DNA of 14,186 bases. It comes from an uncultured cyanobacterium. Its GTDB lineage: Bacteria > Cyanobacteriota > Cyanobacteriia > Leptolyngbyales > Leptolyngbyaceae. This document shows, in pieces, positions 7,810-14,186 of the stretch (its first letter is position 1; every line of letters starts with the position of its first letter). The notes beneath the pieces are model-generated. The model did no database searches, had not been told where the DNA came from, and saw only the letters and a list, made by a program, of their open reading frames with translations. Where the stretch lies: positions 1 through 14,186 of the forward strand of contig CAVYAN010000115.1 in the NCBI GenBank assembly GCA_963766075.1, written 5' to 3'. The translations under genes were made by a program, and so were the position numbers.

Positions 7810-8434
7810 TCAGCGCTTCGAGGGACGAGATTGCTTTTCACAAATTTCTCGCGTGTCGGGTTTCCACGTTTTTGAGGTCGGTTCTAGGGTGTAGTAGGTG
7901 GCTTCAAACCGACTATCGGTTTTCTGTTCGATTACTTCGCGTAACGAGCGCTTGGTGCGCTGGGGCATATCCAGGGCGGAGCCTTCCCAGGTAAAAGTGC
8001 GGTCTTTCCAGCCTTCCGAAAGCAAATTATAGAAGCCACCATCGGCAGTCAAGAATCGTGCGGCCAAATTTCCCCGTAAGGGTGTTAAAGCCCAGGGTAT
8101 CGCGGGCCAGATCCGTCTTGTCGGGCGCAACCACCGTGCCCAGAAACCAGTAGCGATTCAATTCCCGAGTAATAGTCCAGGTGAATTCCGCGAAAAAGGT
8201 GGTGGCGGGAGCATCGGCTTCGCGGACCCGGCAGCGCCACGTGCCTTGAAAGTAGGCTAACTGATCCAGTTGTTCGGCGGGACGGGAGCCGATGGTGGGC
8301 TGGACCGAATTGGCGGGCTGGGCCGACGGTAAGACCGGGCTGGGAGGAGAATTCTGGCCGAGGGCTGACTGCGCCGCGATCGCCGATCCAAGCAGGACTA
8401 CACCCAGGCCAATCGCCCTCTTCAACCGTGTCAT
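7810..8434 (-). pseudogene. Secreted DUF1579-like beta-barrel protein gene split by a one-base frameshift near 8050 (pseudogene or assembly error)
   Basis: ORF 8027-8434 (signal peptide, LDQLAYFQGTWRC...DTLGFNTLTGKFGRTIL) continues in another frame as TADGGFYNLLSEGWKDRTFTWEG...REICEK to 7810. The span is 625 nt (3n+1). The family call comes from motif resemblance only. Confidence 0.7.
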
Positions 8435-8528
8435 AGATTCACCTTGATGAAATTGGTACATGTGTGAGCAGCTTTGAAGGAGGAGAGGCGGATGGGAACT
8501 GAGGCAGTAGCAACCCCCGAGACAGCGG

Positions 8529-9146
8529 CTAAACCGGACTTAAGGGGGATTGGATAATAGAAATATGGCGAGGTTGCGCTTGGACCCGCGTGATCCAAGC
8601 CTGAATCCTGGGAAAACCCGTCAGGTCAAATTCGCCTTCGGGGGCAACGTGAGTATACGCAAACAAGGCGATGTCAGCAATGGTGTAGCGATCGCCGACG
8701 AGAAATGGCCGTTCGGCTAAGCGCGTTTCCAGGACACTCAAGGCCGCATAGCCCGGGGCTTGCTTTTGCTCTAGGGCTTCCCGGTGCAGATCGGCCATGC
8801 CGTGCATCCGCCAAAACCGCGAGGTGGCAATGTAAGGCTCATGGCTGTACTGTTCAAAAAATAGCCATTCCATTACCCGCGATCGCGCTAGACGCTCCTG
8901 GGGCAAAAACTGGGTGTCCTCGCCCAAGTGCATCAAAATGGCGTTGGACTCCGATAAAAACTCACCCCGTGACACTTCCAGTACGGGAATGCGGCCATTG
9001 GGATTTTTGGCTAAAAATTCGACAGTCCGGGTTTCCCCGTTGAGAATATCCAGCTCAATCCACTCGTAGGCTTGCCCAAGCTGTGTCAGTAACAAGCGGA
9101 CTTTGTAGCCATTGCCAGAGGGCAAATAGTCGTACAGACGATACAT
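8529..9146 (-). CDS. Glutathione S-transferase family protein
   Basis: SGNGYKVRLLL, NPNGRIPVL, LSESNAIL, WLFFEQYSHEP, FLVGDRYTIADIALFAYTH. Confidence 0.95.
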   Translation of the reverse strand: MYRLYDYLPSGNGYKVRLLLTQLGQAYEWIELDILNGETRTVEFLAKNPNGRIPVLEVSRGEFLSESNAILMHLGEDTQFLPQERLARSRVMEWLFFEQYSHEPYIATSRFWRMHGMADLHREALEQKQAPGYAALSVLETRLAERPFLVGDRYTIADIALFAYTHVAPEGEFDLTGFPRIQAWITRVQAQPRHISIIQSPLSPV

Positions 9147-9451
9147 TACGCTTTGGGCCGATCGGCAAGCAGGGCAATCAACTGGGCCACACTTTCAGCA
9201 TTGCTGGCCGCCACCGCCGCTTGTTGGTCCACGATCACCGTCAGCCGTTGGATAGAGGCGGAATTTTCTTTGGCGATCGCAGAATTTTCCTTTGCGATCT
9301 CGGCTTGACTTTCCGCGACAGCGAGGGCCTTATCCGCCTGCTGAATTTGGTCTTGGATCAAAAGCCGAATTTCGGTTAGACCTTCGGTGAGTCGGCCCAC
9401 TTGATCGATCAGCAGTTCCATCTTGTCGGGGGGCTGAACGGCGTTAAACAT
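9146..9451 (-). CDS. Hypothetical coiled-coil protein, translationally coupled to the GST gene
   Basis: Heptad pattern; GGAG RBS; TAATG stop/start overlap at 9144-9148; the IAKENSA duplication differs only at synonymous sites. Confidence 0.8.
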   Translation of the reverse strand: MFNAVQPPDKMELLIDQVGRLTEGLTEIRLLIQDQIQQADKALAVAESQAEIAKENSAIAKENSASIQRLTVIVDQQAAVAASNAESVAQLIALLADRPKA

Positions 9452-9502
9452 TCGGGGGCTCCAGAAAAAATACGAGAAACGATCGCAATAACGGAGGCTA
9501 TT

Positions 9503-9847
9503 CTACTTTTTCTTTTTGGTTTTTTCCTTTTTGGATTTGCCGTCCAGGGAGCCTTCAATTTTGGCGTTAAAGCCGTAGACTTCGCGGCTGCCCGCCAGCG
9601 GCACCAGAGTGACCTCGCGCTCGTCGCCCGGTTCAAACCGAACCGCCGTTCCGGCGGGAATGTCCAACCGCATACCGCGCGCTTGATCGCGATCGCACTG
9701 CAAAGCGGCATTCACTTCAAAAAAGTGGAAATGGGAGCCAACCTGGATGGGGCGATCGCCCGCATTGGCCACCGTCAGCGTCACCGTTTCCTTGCCCGCA
9801 TTCAGTTCAATCTCACCATCATCGACAAACAATTCGCCAGGAATCAT
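9503..9847 (-). CDS. ureB: Urease subunit beta
   Basis: MIPGE...IELNAG...[17 protein letters not shown]...[25 protein letters not shown]. Confidence 0.98.
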   Translation of the reverse strand: MIPGELFVDDGEIELNAGKETVTLTVANAGDRPIQVGSHFHFFEVNAALQCDRDQARGMRLDIPAGTAVRFEPGDEREVTLVPLAGSREVYGFNAKIEGSLDGKSKKEKTKKKK

Positions 9848-9951
9848 AAATACCTCTGATCCAGTTGTGGGGGCTTGAGTTTAATGGGGTTATACAGCGC
9901 TGGGAGAGTCCAAATGGCGCGAATTTGGACCCTATGGCAGGTGGGGGAATC

Positions 9952-10671
9952 TTAGTTCACCACCTCGAATCCCAAGCGACTGCGGTTCCAAGCATAGCAG
10001 CGGTTTTCTAAGCCAGGAAGTTGGCCTGTACCGATTTCAGCATCAAAGGTTCTAGCACAGAATCCCTGGGCATTGAGTTTAAGCTGAACACTGGAATTGG
10101 CAAAGTCAGAGACCCAAAAGCCCAGCCCGGTGGGATGCAGCGAGACAATCTTGCCATCGGTTTGAATCTTGAACACTTTGTAGCCTGCGCCTTGGCAGGA
10201 GCGAAACTGGCCCAAATTGAAGGTGATGGCCCCGGTGCGGGTATAGTCGCCAAAAATCAGCCGCCAGCGGCCAGCCCGAAAAAACATCTCGGGACGGGCC
10301 TTGTCGCCATAAAGATGGTTCAAATTCTGGACAATGGTTTTGCCGGGAATGCGTTTGGTCTTGCCCTTTTTGTCCGGCGCGGTGCGGCTGGGCGCAATGC
10401 GGACAACGGTTTGGAAAATCCCCTCGTACTTGTCGCCGTTGCCACACCAATCGGTTTGATCGACATAGCGCTGTCCGGCGATCATTTGGATAGTCAGGCT
10501 GTCGGGTTGGCGATCGCCATTCACATCCAACCGTTCCTGGGCAATCATCACAGGTCTGGCGAGTTTGGCGGGTGCCGCCGACGGAACTGCCGCCGCAGCG
10601 ATCGGGGTCAAGGCCAACACCAACCCAACCGCCAACCCAGGCTTTGTCCAAAGTTGCATATCCATTCCCAT
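9952..10671 (-). CDS. Hypothetical secreted protein
   Basis: Signal-peptide-like N-terminus (KPGLAVGLVLALTPIAAAA), DVNGDRQPD loop, four Cys; co-oriented with the ure genes and fills the ureA-ureB gap. Confidence 0.72.
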   Translation of the reverse strand: MGMDMQLWTKPGLAVGLVLALTPIAAAAVPSAAPAKLARPVMIAQERLDVNGDRQPDSLTIQMIAGQRYVDQTDWCGNGDKYEGIFQTVVRIAPSRTAPDKKGKTKRIPGKTIVQNLNHLYGDKARPEMFFRAGRWRLIFGDYTRTGAITFNLGQFRSCQGAGYKVFKIQTDGKIVSLHPTGLGFWVSDFANSSVQLKLNAQGFCARTFDAEIGTGQLPGLENRCYAWNRSRLGFEVVN

Positions 10672-10712
10672 CTCTTTCCCGTTGGACTGAACGATCCAGC
10701 GCCATCATACTG

Positions 10713-10764
10713 CTCAAATGCGAGAAGGCCACTCAAATGCGAGAAGACTCCTGCAAGAAGACCA
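10713..10764. repeat. Direct repeat CTCAAATGCGAGAAG x2 (19-bp period) plus a degenerate third copy
   Basis: 10713-10727 and 10732-10746 are identical; CTCCTGCAAGAAGACCA follows from 10748. Confidence 0.8.
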
Positions 10765-10787
10765 CGGTCAGGGGATCAATCCAGCGG

Positions 10788-11090
10788 TTAACGAATGGGA
10801 TTATGCACCGTCACCAGCTTGGTGCCATCGGGAAAGGTGGCTTCGACTTGCACGTCGTGGATCATTTCGGCAATGCCTGCCATGACATCTTGGCGCGTTA
10901 GCAGGGTAGTGCCATAGCTCATCAAATCCGCCACGGTGCGGCCATCCCGTGCCCCTTCCAAAATTGCCGCAGAAATGTAGGCGATCGCTTCGGGGTGGTT
11001 GAGCTTGACGCCCCTAGCCTTGCGCCGTTCCGCCAGCAGGGCAGCGGTAAAAATCAGCAGTTTATCTTTCTCCTGGGGGGTCAGTTGCAT
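10788..11090 (-). CDS. ureA: Urease subunit gamma
   Basis: [35 protein letters not shown]...[20 protein letters not shown], 100 aa. Confidence 0.98.
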   Translation of the reverse strand: MQLTPQEKDKLLIFTAALLAERRKARGVKLNHPEAIAYISAAILEGARDGRTVADLMSYGTTLLTRQDVMAGIAEMIHDVQVEATFPDGTKLVTVHNPIR

Positions 11091-11179
11091 AGAGAGGCAC
11101 GGCTCCGATCTTCGGCGTTAAACGCTTAAAGATACCGGATAAATCCGCTAATTTGACCAGGATTTTCCGATTTTTTAAT

Positions 11180-12022
11180 CTAAACGCCCCAGACGCGAGG
11201 CACGCAGGCGGCGCGGTCCCGGTACGATCGCCGCACCAGATCCCACACCTGCACAAACCAGCGTCGGGCCTCAGTGCTGGAATGTCCCCGATAGCGACAG
11301 AGCAACCCCGCCTGAAGCCGGGTAACCCCCCCTTCACCCTGGGTCAGGTGCATCTGTGATCGCGCTGCGGCCACGAGATCCGCTGGGATCACTTCCCCCA
11401 GAAAAGCAAAACTGCCGACTACGGGACAGCCCGCCAAGCCATGGATACTATTCACTGTGGTTTCGCCGCCGGGAAGCCACTGGCGATCGCACCACAGCGG
11501 ACGACCCGACTGCCAAACTTCTGTGTGCGATCGCCAGTCTCCCGCTAAAAATTGCTCCCCGCTAGCACTACGCCCAAACCGGGTCAGTTCCCACCCCAAC
11601 CAATGCGCCCCCGCCGCCAGATCCACCCGCAGATCCTGGCGGTACTGGGCCTGTTCAAACACGATCGTGTCCAAGGGCAGCCACTCCAGGCATGCCCCCT
11701 CGGCCACGGTGATCTGGACCGTTTGCTGTGCGGTAAGGCCATTGCTGCGATAGATTTTGGCAGCGGCGGCAGTGGTGAGCAGAACGTGGGTGTGGGGTTG
11801 GAGGTCTAGGGTCATGGAGAGGCGATCGCCCCCCACGACGCCCCCAGCCGTATGCAACATCACACTGTGGCACACTGCATCGCCTTCCGGATAAAACGGG
11901 CGCTGCAATTTCAGCGGCGCTTGACTATGGCTCTGGAGAATTTGGGTGGCTGTCCCTACCCGACCATAGGTCAAGCCTAGGGTGCCATGCCAGACCGAGC
12001 GGGGAAGGGGAGAAGGAGACAT
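11180..12022 (-). CDS. ureD: Urease accessory protein UreD
   Basis: PLKLQRPFYPEG, HTAGGVVGGDRL, LLTTAAAAKIYRS, LEWLP..TIVF, GWELTRFGR, C-terminal PRVW. The start is ATG 12022 or GTG 12031. Confidence 0.96.
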   Translation of the reverse strand: MSPSPLPRSVWHGTLGLTYGRVGTATQILQSHSQAPLKLQRPFYPEGDAVCHSVMLHTAGGVVGGDRLSMTLDLQPHTHVLLTTAAAAKIYRSNGLTAQQTVQITVAEGACLEWLPLDTIVFEQAQYRQDLRVDLAAGAHWLGWELTRFGRSASGEQFLAGDWRSHTEVWQSGRPLWCDRQWLPGGETTVNSIHGLAGCPVVGSFAFLGEVIPADLVAAARSQMHLTQGEGGVTRLQAGLLCRYRGHSSTEARRWFVQVWDLVRRSYRDRAACVPRVWGV

Positions 12023-12035
12023 GGGAATCACGAAA

Positions 12036-12075
12036 CGGGTAACGGGTGCCGCTACTATACAACACCCGTTACCCG
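12036..12075 (-). promoter_or_regulatory. 13-bp perfect inverted repeat directly upstream of ureD with a -10-like TATAGT in its loop
   Basis: CGGGTAACGGGTG (12036-12048) pairs with CACCCGTTACCCG (12063-12075); the loop on the minus strand is TTGTATAGTAGCGG. The function is inferred. Confidence 0.5.
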
Positions 12076-12086
12076 GCGTGGGGTTC

Positions 12087-12135
12087 TCTCTGGCCCTGCC
12101 TCTGGCCCTGTCTCTGGCCTCGCCTTTGGCCCGCC
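12087..12135. repeat. 12-bp tandem repeat x4 (YCTCTGGCCCTG) next to the CHRD gene stop
   Basis: TCTCTGGCCCTG/CCTCTGGCCCTG/TCTCTGGCCTCG/CCTTTGGCCCG. Confidence 0.85.
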
Positions 12136-12795
12136 TTAGACGGGTCGGAAGGCACCCCGCAATTCTCCAGCCCGATTTTTCTGGGTGTGCATGTCCATGT
12201 ACAAGTTCCCCGCTGAGAGGGCTTGCAGTTGCTCAGGGGTGAGGGTGTATTCCCCCATTAAGCGGCCCCCCAGACCGCTAGCGTCCAGCATGACCGAGAG
12301 GGCGTACTGAAACGGACCATTTTTCCCTGGTTCACCCCGATGAATATGGACCGCAGAGGTAATATTCGGGTTGGGGGGACTGGTTGGATCGGTGGCATAG
12401 TCGCGGAAAAGACTGGACAGGTTGCCAAAGTCTCCCCGAACTACAAGGCGATCGCCCACGAGCACGGCCCCGGCAACGCCGATCGCCTCGGTTGTGGGGA
12501 CATTCGGCACGACGCTATTGGCAGACATAATCGCCACGTAGCGTTGTTTCGAGTCACTGGGCATGCCCTGCGCCAGCACTGCCGACTCTGCTGCTTGCAA
12601 ATCGGCGGCGAGGTACTGCTGGATGGGATCTGATGCAGTGGGAGCGATCGCTTGGGCCAAATTCATCCGGTTCTGAGTCTGCACCTGGGCCAGCGGGCTA
12701 ATCCGGCTCCACGCAGGGCTGGACAGGGCCACCACGAGGACACAGGTTAGTGTCCCTAGCAGAATTTGAAATAGAGTCCGTTTTGCTTGATGCAT
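12136..12795 (-). CDS. Secreted CHRD (chordin) domain protein
   Basis: Signal peptide ending SPAWS; MSANSVVP, TSAVHIHRGEPGKNGP, LTPEQLQALSAGNLYMDMHTQKNRAGELRG match the CHRD motifs. The start is ATG 12795 or GTG 12807. Confidence 0.9.
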   Translation of the reverse strand: MHQAKRTLFQILLGTLTCVLVVALSSPAWSRISPLAQVQTQNRMNLAQAIAPTASDPIQQYLAADLQAAESAVLAQGMPSDSKQRYVAIMSANSVVPNVPTTEAIGVAGAVLVGDRLVVRGDFGNLSSLFRDYATDPTSPPNPNITSAVHIHRGEPGKNGPFQYALSVMLDASGLGGRLMGEYTLTPEQLQALSAGNLYMDMHTQKNRAGELRGAFRPV

Positions 12796-12928
12796 ATCAA
12801 ATTTCACCGTGAATTGAGTCAGTATTCAATTTCTGAATACGACCCCATTACCCACCTGGATTCCTGGTGGGCTAAATTTTTCGGAATGGCGAACCCCGGT
12901 TACGCTAAACGTGCTCATTTAACGCCAC

Positions 12929-13183
12929 TCACTTTAAGGTCAGTTTGAGCCAGAGGATGGACCCCTCGAGCACCAGGGTCGCGGCATTCGCCACAATGAC
13001 GGGCATGGCGTGGATACAGAGGCCATAGATCAGCCATAGCAAAACGCCGACCCAGAAGGTCAGAATCATTCCCAGGGAGAGATCTTTGGCGGAGCGGGTT
13101 TTCCAGGTTTGAATCACCTGGGGGATAAAGGCGATCGTGGTGAGTACCCCCGCGACCGAACCCAATACATCAATAAATTTCAT
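12929..13183 (-). CDS. SemiSWEET / PQ-loop family transporter
   Basis: GVLTTIAFIPQVIQTWKTRSAKDLSLGM...GVLLWLIYG...PVIVAN; three TM helices; 84 aa. Confidence 0.93.
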   Translation of the reverse strand: MKFIDVLGSVAGVLTTIAFIPQVIQTWKTRSAKDLSLGMILTFWVGVLLWLIYGLCIHAMPVIVANAATLVLEGSILWLKLTLK

Positions 13184-13282
13184 TGCTGAGAGTTTAGGGG
13201 TGCGTGGTTGAATCTAGCACGTTAATCTGGGGCGATCGCCGCAATTTGCCCCACTTTCCAATCCTTCTATCACCCATTACCC

Positions 13283-14035
13283 TCAATAGTCATAGGGATT
13301 TTTCGGCTCTGGAATCGGCTTCAGCGCCGTGGCAGCCAGGGTAAGCTGCCGTTTTCCCGCCAACGTTTCGGTAATCATCTGCCCTTCGATTTCCAGCCAA
13401 GTGTCAGGCTTGTACGCCTCACGGCTACCGGATAATTTCACGGGTAAACTCACCGGATACACATCTGCTGCGCAGCAGGTAATCACAAACCGCGAAATCA
13501 GCAAATAGTGGTTATCCAGATTGGGTGGATAGACCACAAACCCCTGCACCTTGGCCTTTTGCCCAACGTAAGCATCCGGCTCTGGATAAACCGTCAAGGT
13601 GCGAATCCAATCGACAATGGATTTATCCTCGGAATTCTCTGATCCACGAAAAGCCTGAGGTTTTACGCGGGTGACAATATTGGTATCGTGAATCCCCCGT
13701 TGGGCAGCGGTTTCGCTCGCAAAGGCGCGGGGTTGCACCACAAACCCGAAAATGGCTACCCCCAGCAGCAGCACACTGCTCCATCCCGGTGGAAATAAGG
13801 TGAGGTGCTGGCTGGTATCGACAGGCGTTATCGGCTTTTTCAGCAAGACCATCCCCTTCAGTCCAGCCACCAACAGCAGGACGATGCCCGCCACCACCGT
13901 CAAGCCCATGTAGTTGGGATGAATCAGCAGGTATAGCTTGCCCGTTAGCCAGTATTTGAGAAAAAGGATGCCCCAGGCCGCGATCGCCACCGTATCCAAC
14001 CAGGGGGAAACCCGACGAATTTTAGCTCGCGCCAT
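13283..14035 (-). CDS. TIGR03943 (YcgQ/DUF1980) family putative permease subunit
   Basis: GKLYLLIHPNY, N-terminal TM helices, YVGQKAKVQGFV, ISRFVITCCAADVYPV, DTWLEIEG, C-terminal IPEPKNPYDY. Confidence 0.9.
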   Translation of the reverse strand: MARAKIRRVSPWLDTVAIAAWGILFLKYWLTGKLYLLIHPNYMGLTVVAGIVLLLVAGLKGMVLLKKPITPVDTSQHLTLFPPGWSSVLLLGVAIFGFVVQPRAFASETAAQRGIHDTNIVTRVKPQAFRGSENSEDKSIVDWIRTLTVYPEPDAYVGQKAKVQGFVVYPPNLDNHYLLISRFVITCCAADVYPVSLPVKLSGSREAYKPDTWLEIEGQMITETLAGKRQLTLAATALKPIPEPKNPYDY

Positions 14036-14044
14036 ACCCACCCC

Positions 14045-14186
14045 CTAACTCACGTATAAATTCACGATCAGCGTCAACAAAAACGTCAGCAGTCCCGCCA
14101 GGGCAAACAAGTAGAACACCGCCCAGCTTTAAAGATAGATAGCATTAAGCCAATGCCCTTCAGGTCAATCATCGGACCAAACACCA
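14045..14186 (-). CDS. 3' end of a YcgR/DUF318-type permease (partial, apparent one-base deletion near 14123-14127)
   Basis: VFGPMIDLKGIGLMLSIFKA is the family GPMIDLK motif. The final TM helix AVFYLFALAGLLTFLLTLIVNLYVS* is in a shifted frame ending at TAG 14045-14047. This family is the usual partner upstream of TIGR03943. Confidence 0.8.

Larger units (their letters stand above)
2501..13987. repeat. HIP1 octamer GCGATCGC, about 25 dispersed copies
   Basis: Manual count: 2501, 2709, 3343, 3553, 3978, 4138, 4918, 6181, 7192, 7578, 8376, 8688, 8879, 9273, 9689, 9752, 10510, 10981, 11483, 11527, 11822, 12448, 12644, 13232, 13980. Confidence 0.92.

Noticed and set aside
6034..7894. Several plus-strand and alternative-frame ORFs over ureC
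   Set aside because: Shadows of a highly conserved, codon-biased gene.
8045..8060. Programmed prfB-like +1 frameshift at CTT GAC
   Set aside because: The prfB signal is CTT-TGA-C with an in-frame stop and an upstream SD; here there is no stop at the site and re-pairing on TTG would be poor.
7810..10671. Recent foreign island or mobile element within the ure cluster
   Set aside because: No integrase or transposase, no terminal repeats, no obvious compositional shift, and HIP1 is present in each inserted gene.
10713..10764. CRISPR array interpretation of this and the other direct repeats
   Set aside because: Units are 12-21 bp, adjacent or nearly so, with no unique 30-40-bp spacers and no cas genes.
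10021..10791. 256-aa plus-strand ORF and 208-aa alternative-frame minus ORF (10106-10732)
   Set aside because: Both overlap the 9952-10671 gene, which has a signal peptide and operon-consistent placement. Neither shows recognisable motifs, so they are treated as shadow ORFs.
12032..12135. NtcA box upstream of ureD
   Set aside because: No GTA-N8-TAC found; the closest match is GTA-N11-TAC.
14125..14135. TTTAAAG as a -1 slippery heptamer in the permease
   Set aside because: It is read TTT AAA G, not T TTA AAG, so the phase is wrong for canonical -1 slippage.

Overview
Cyanobacterial chromosomal window (about 25 HIP1 octamers GCGATCGC, plus psbX, hli and ycf66). The left part is a core block: sdhB (second C-terminal Fe-S motif has 4 Cys, type-E-like) and hli on +, then two TolB/PD40-type lipoprotein genes, ycf66 and psbX on -, and yggT on +. 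psbX (4431-4550) is missing from the supplied ORF track. From 5362 to the window end every gene is on the - strand. In transcription order these are: a YcgR/DUF318-type permease (3' end, frameshifted), a TIGR03943 subunit, a SemiSWEET/PQ-loop transporter, a secreted CHRD protein, ureD, ureA, a secreted hypothetical, ureB, a coiled-coil protein, a GST, a frameshifted secreted DUF1579-like gene, ureC and a conserved hypothetical. ureE/F/G are not in the window. I found no RNA genes, CRISPR array or transposase. Points of interest are the fragmented urease operon with a candidate metal/solute-supply module upstream (inference), an 18-bp duplication that repeats the UreC C-terminus in frame after its stop, a 13-bp-arm hairpin at the ureD start, a perfect 38-bp palindrome, two single-base frameshifts and many short tandem duplications.
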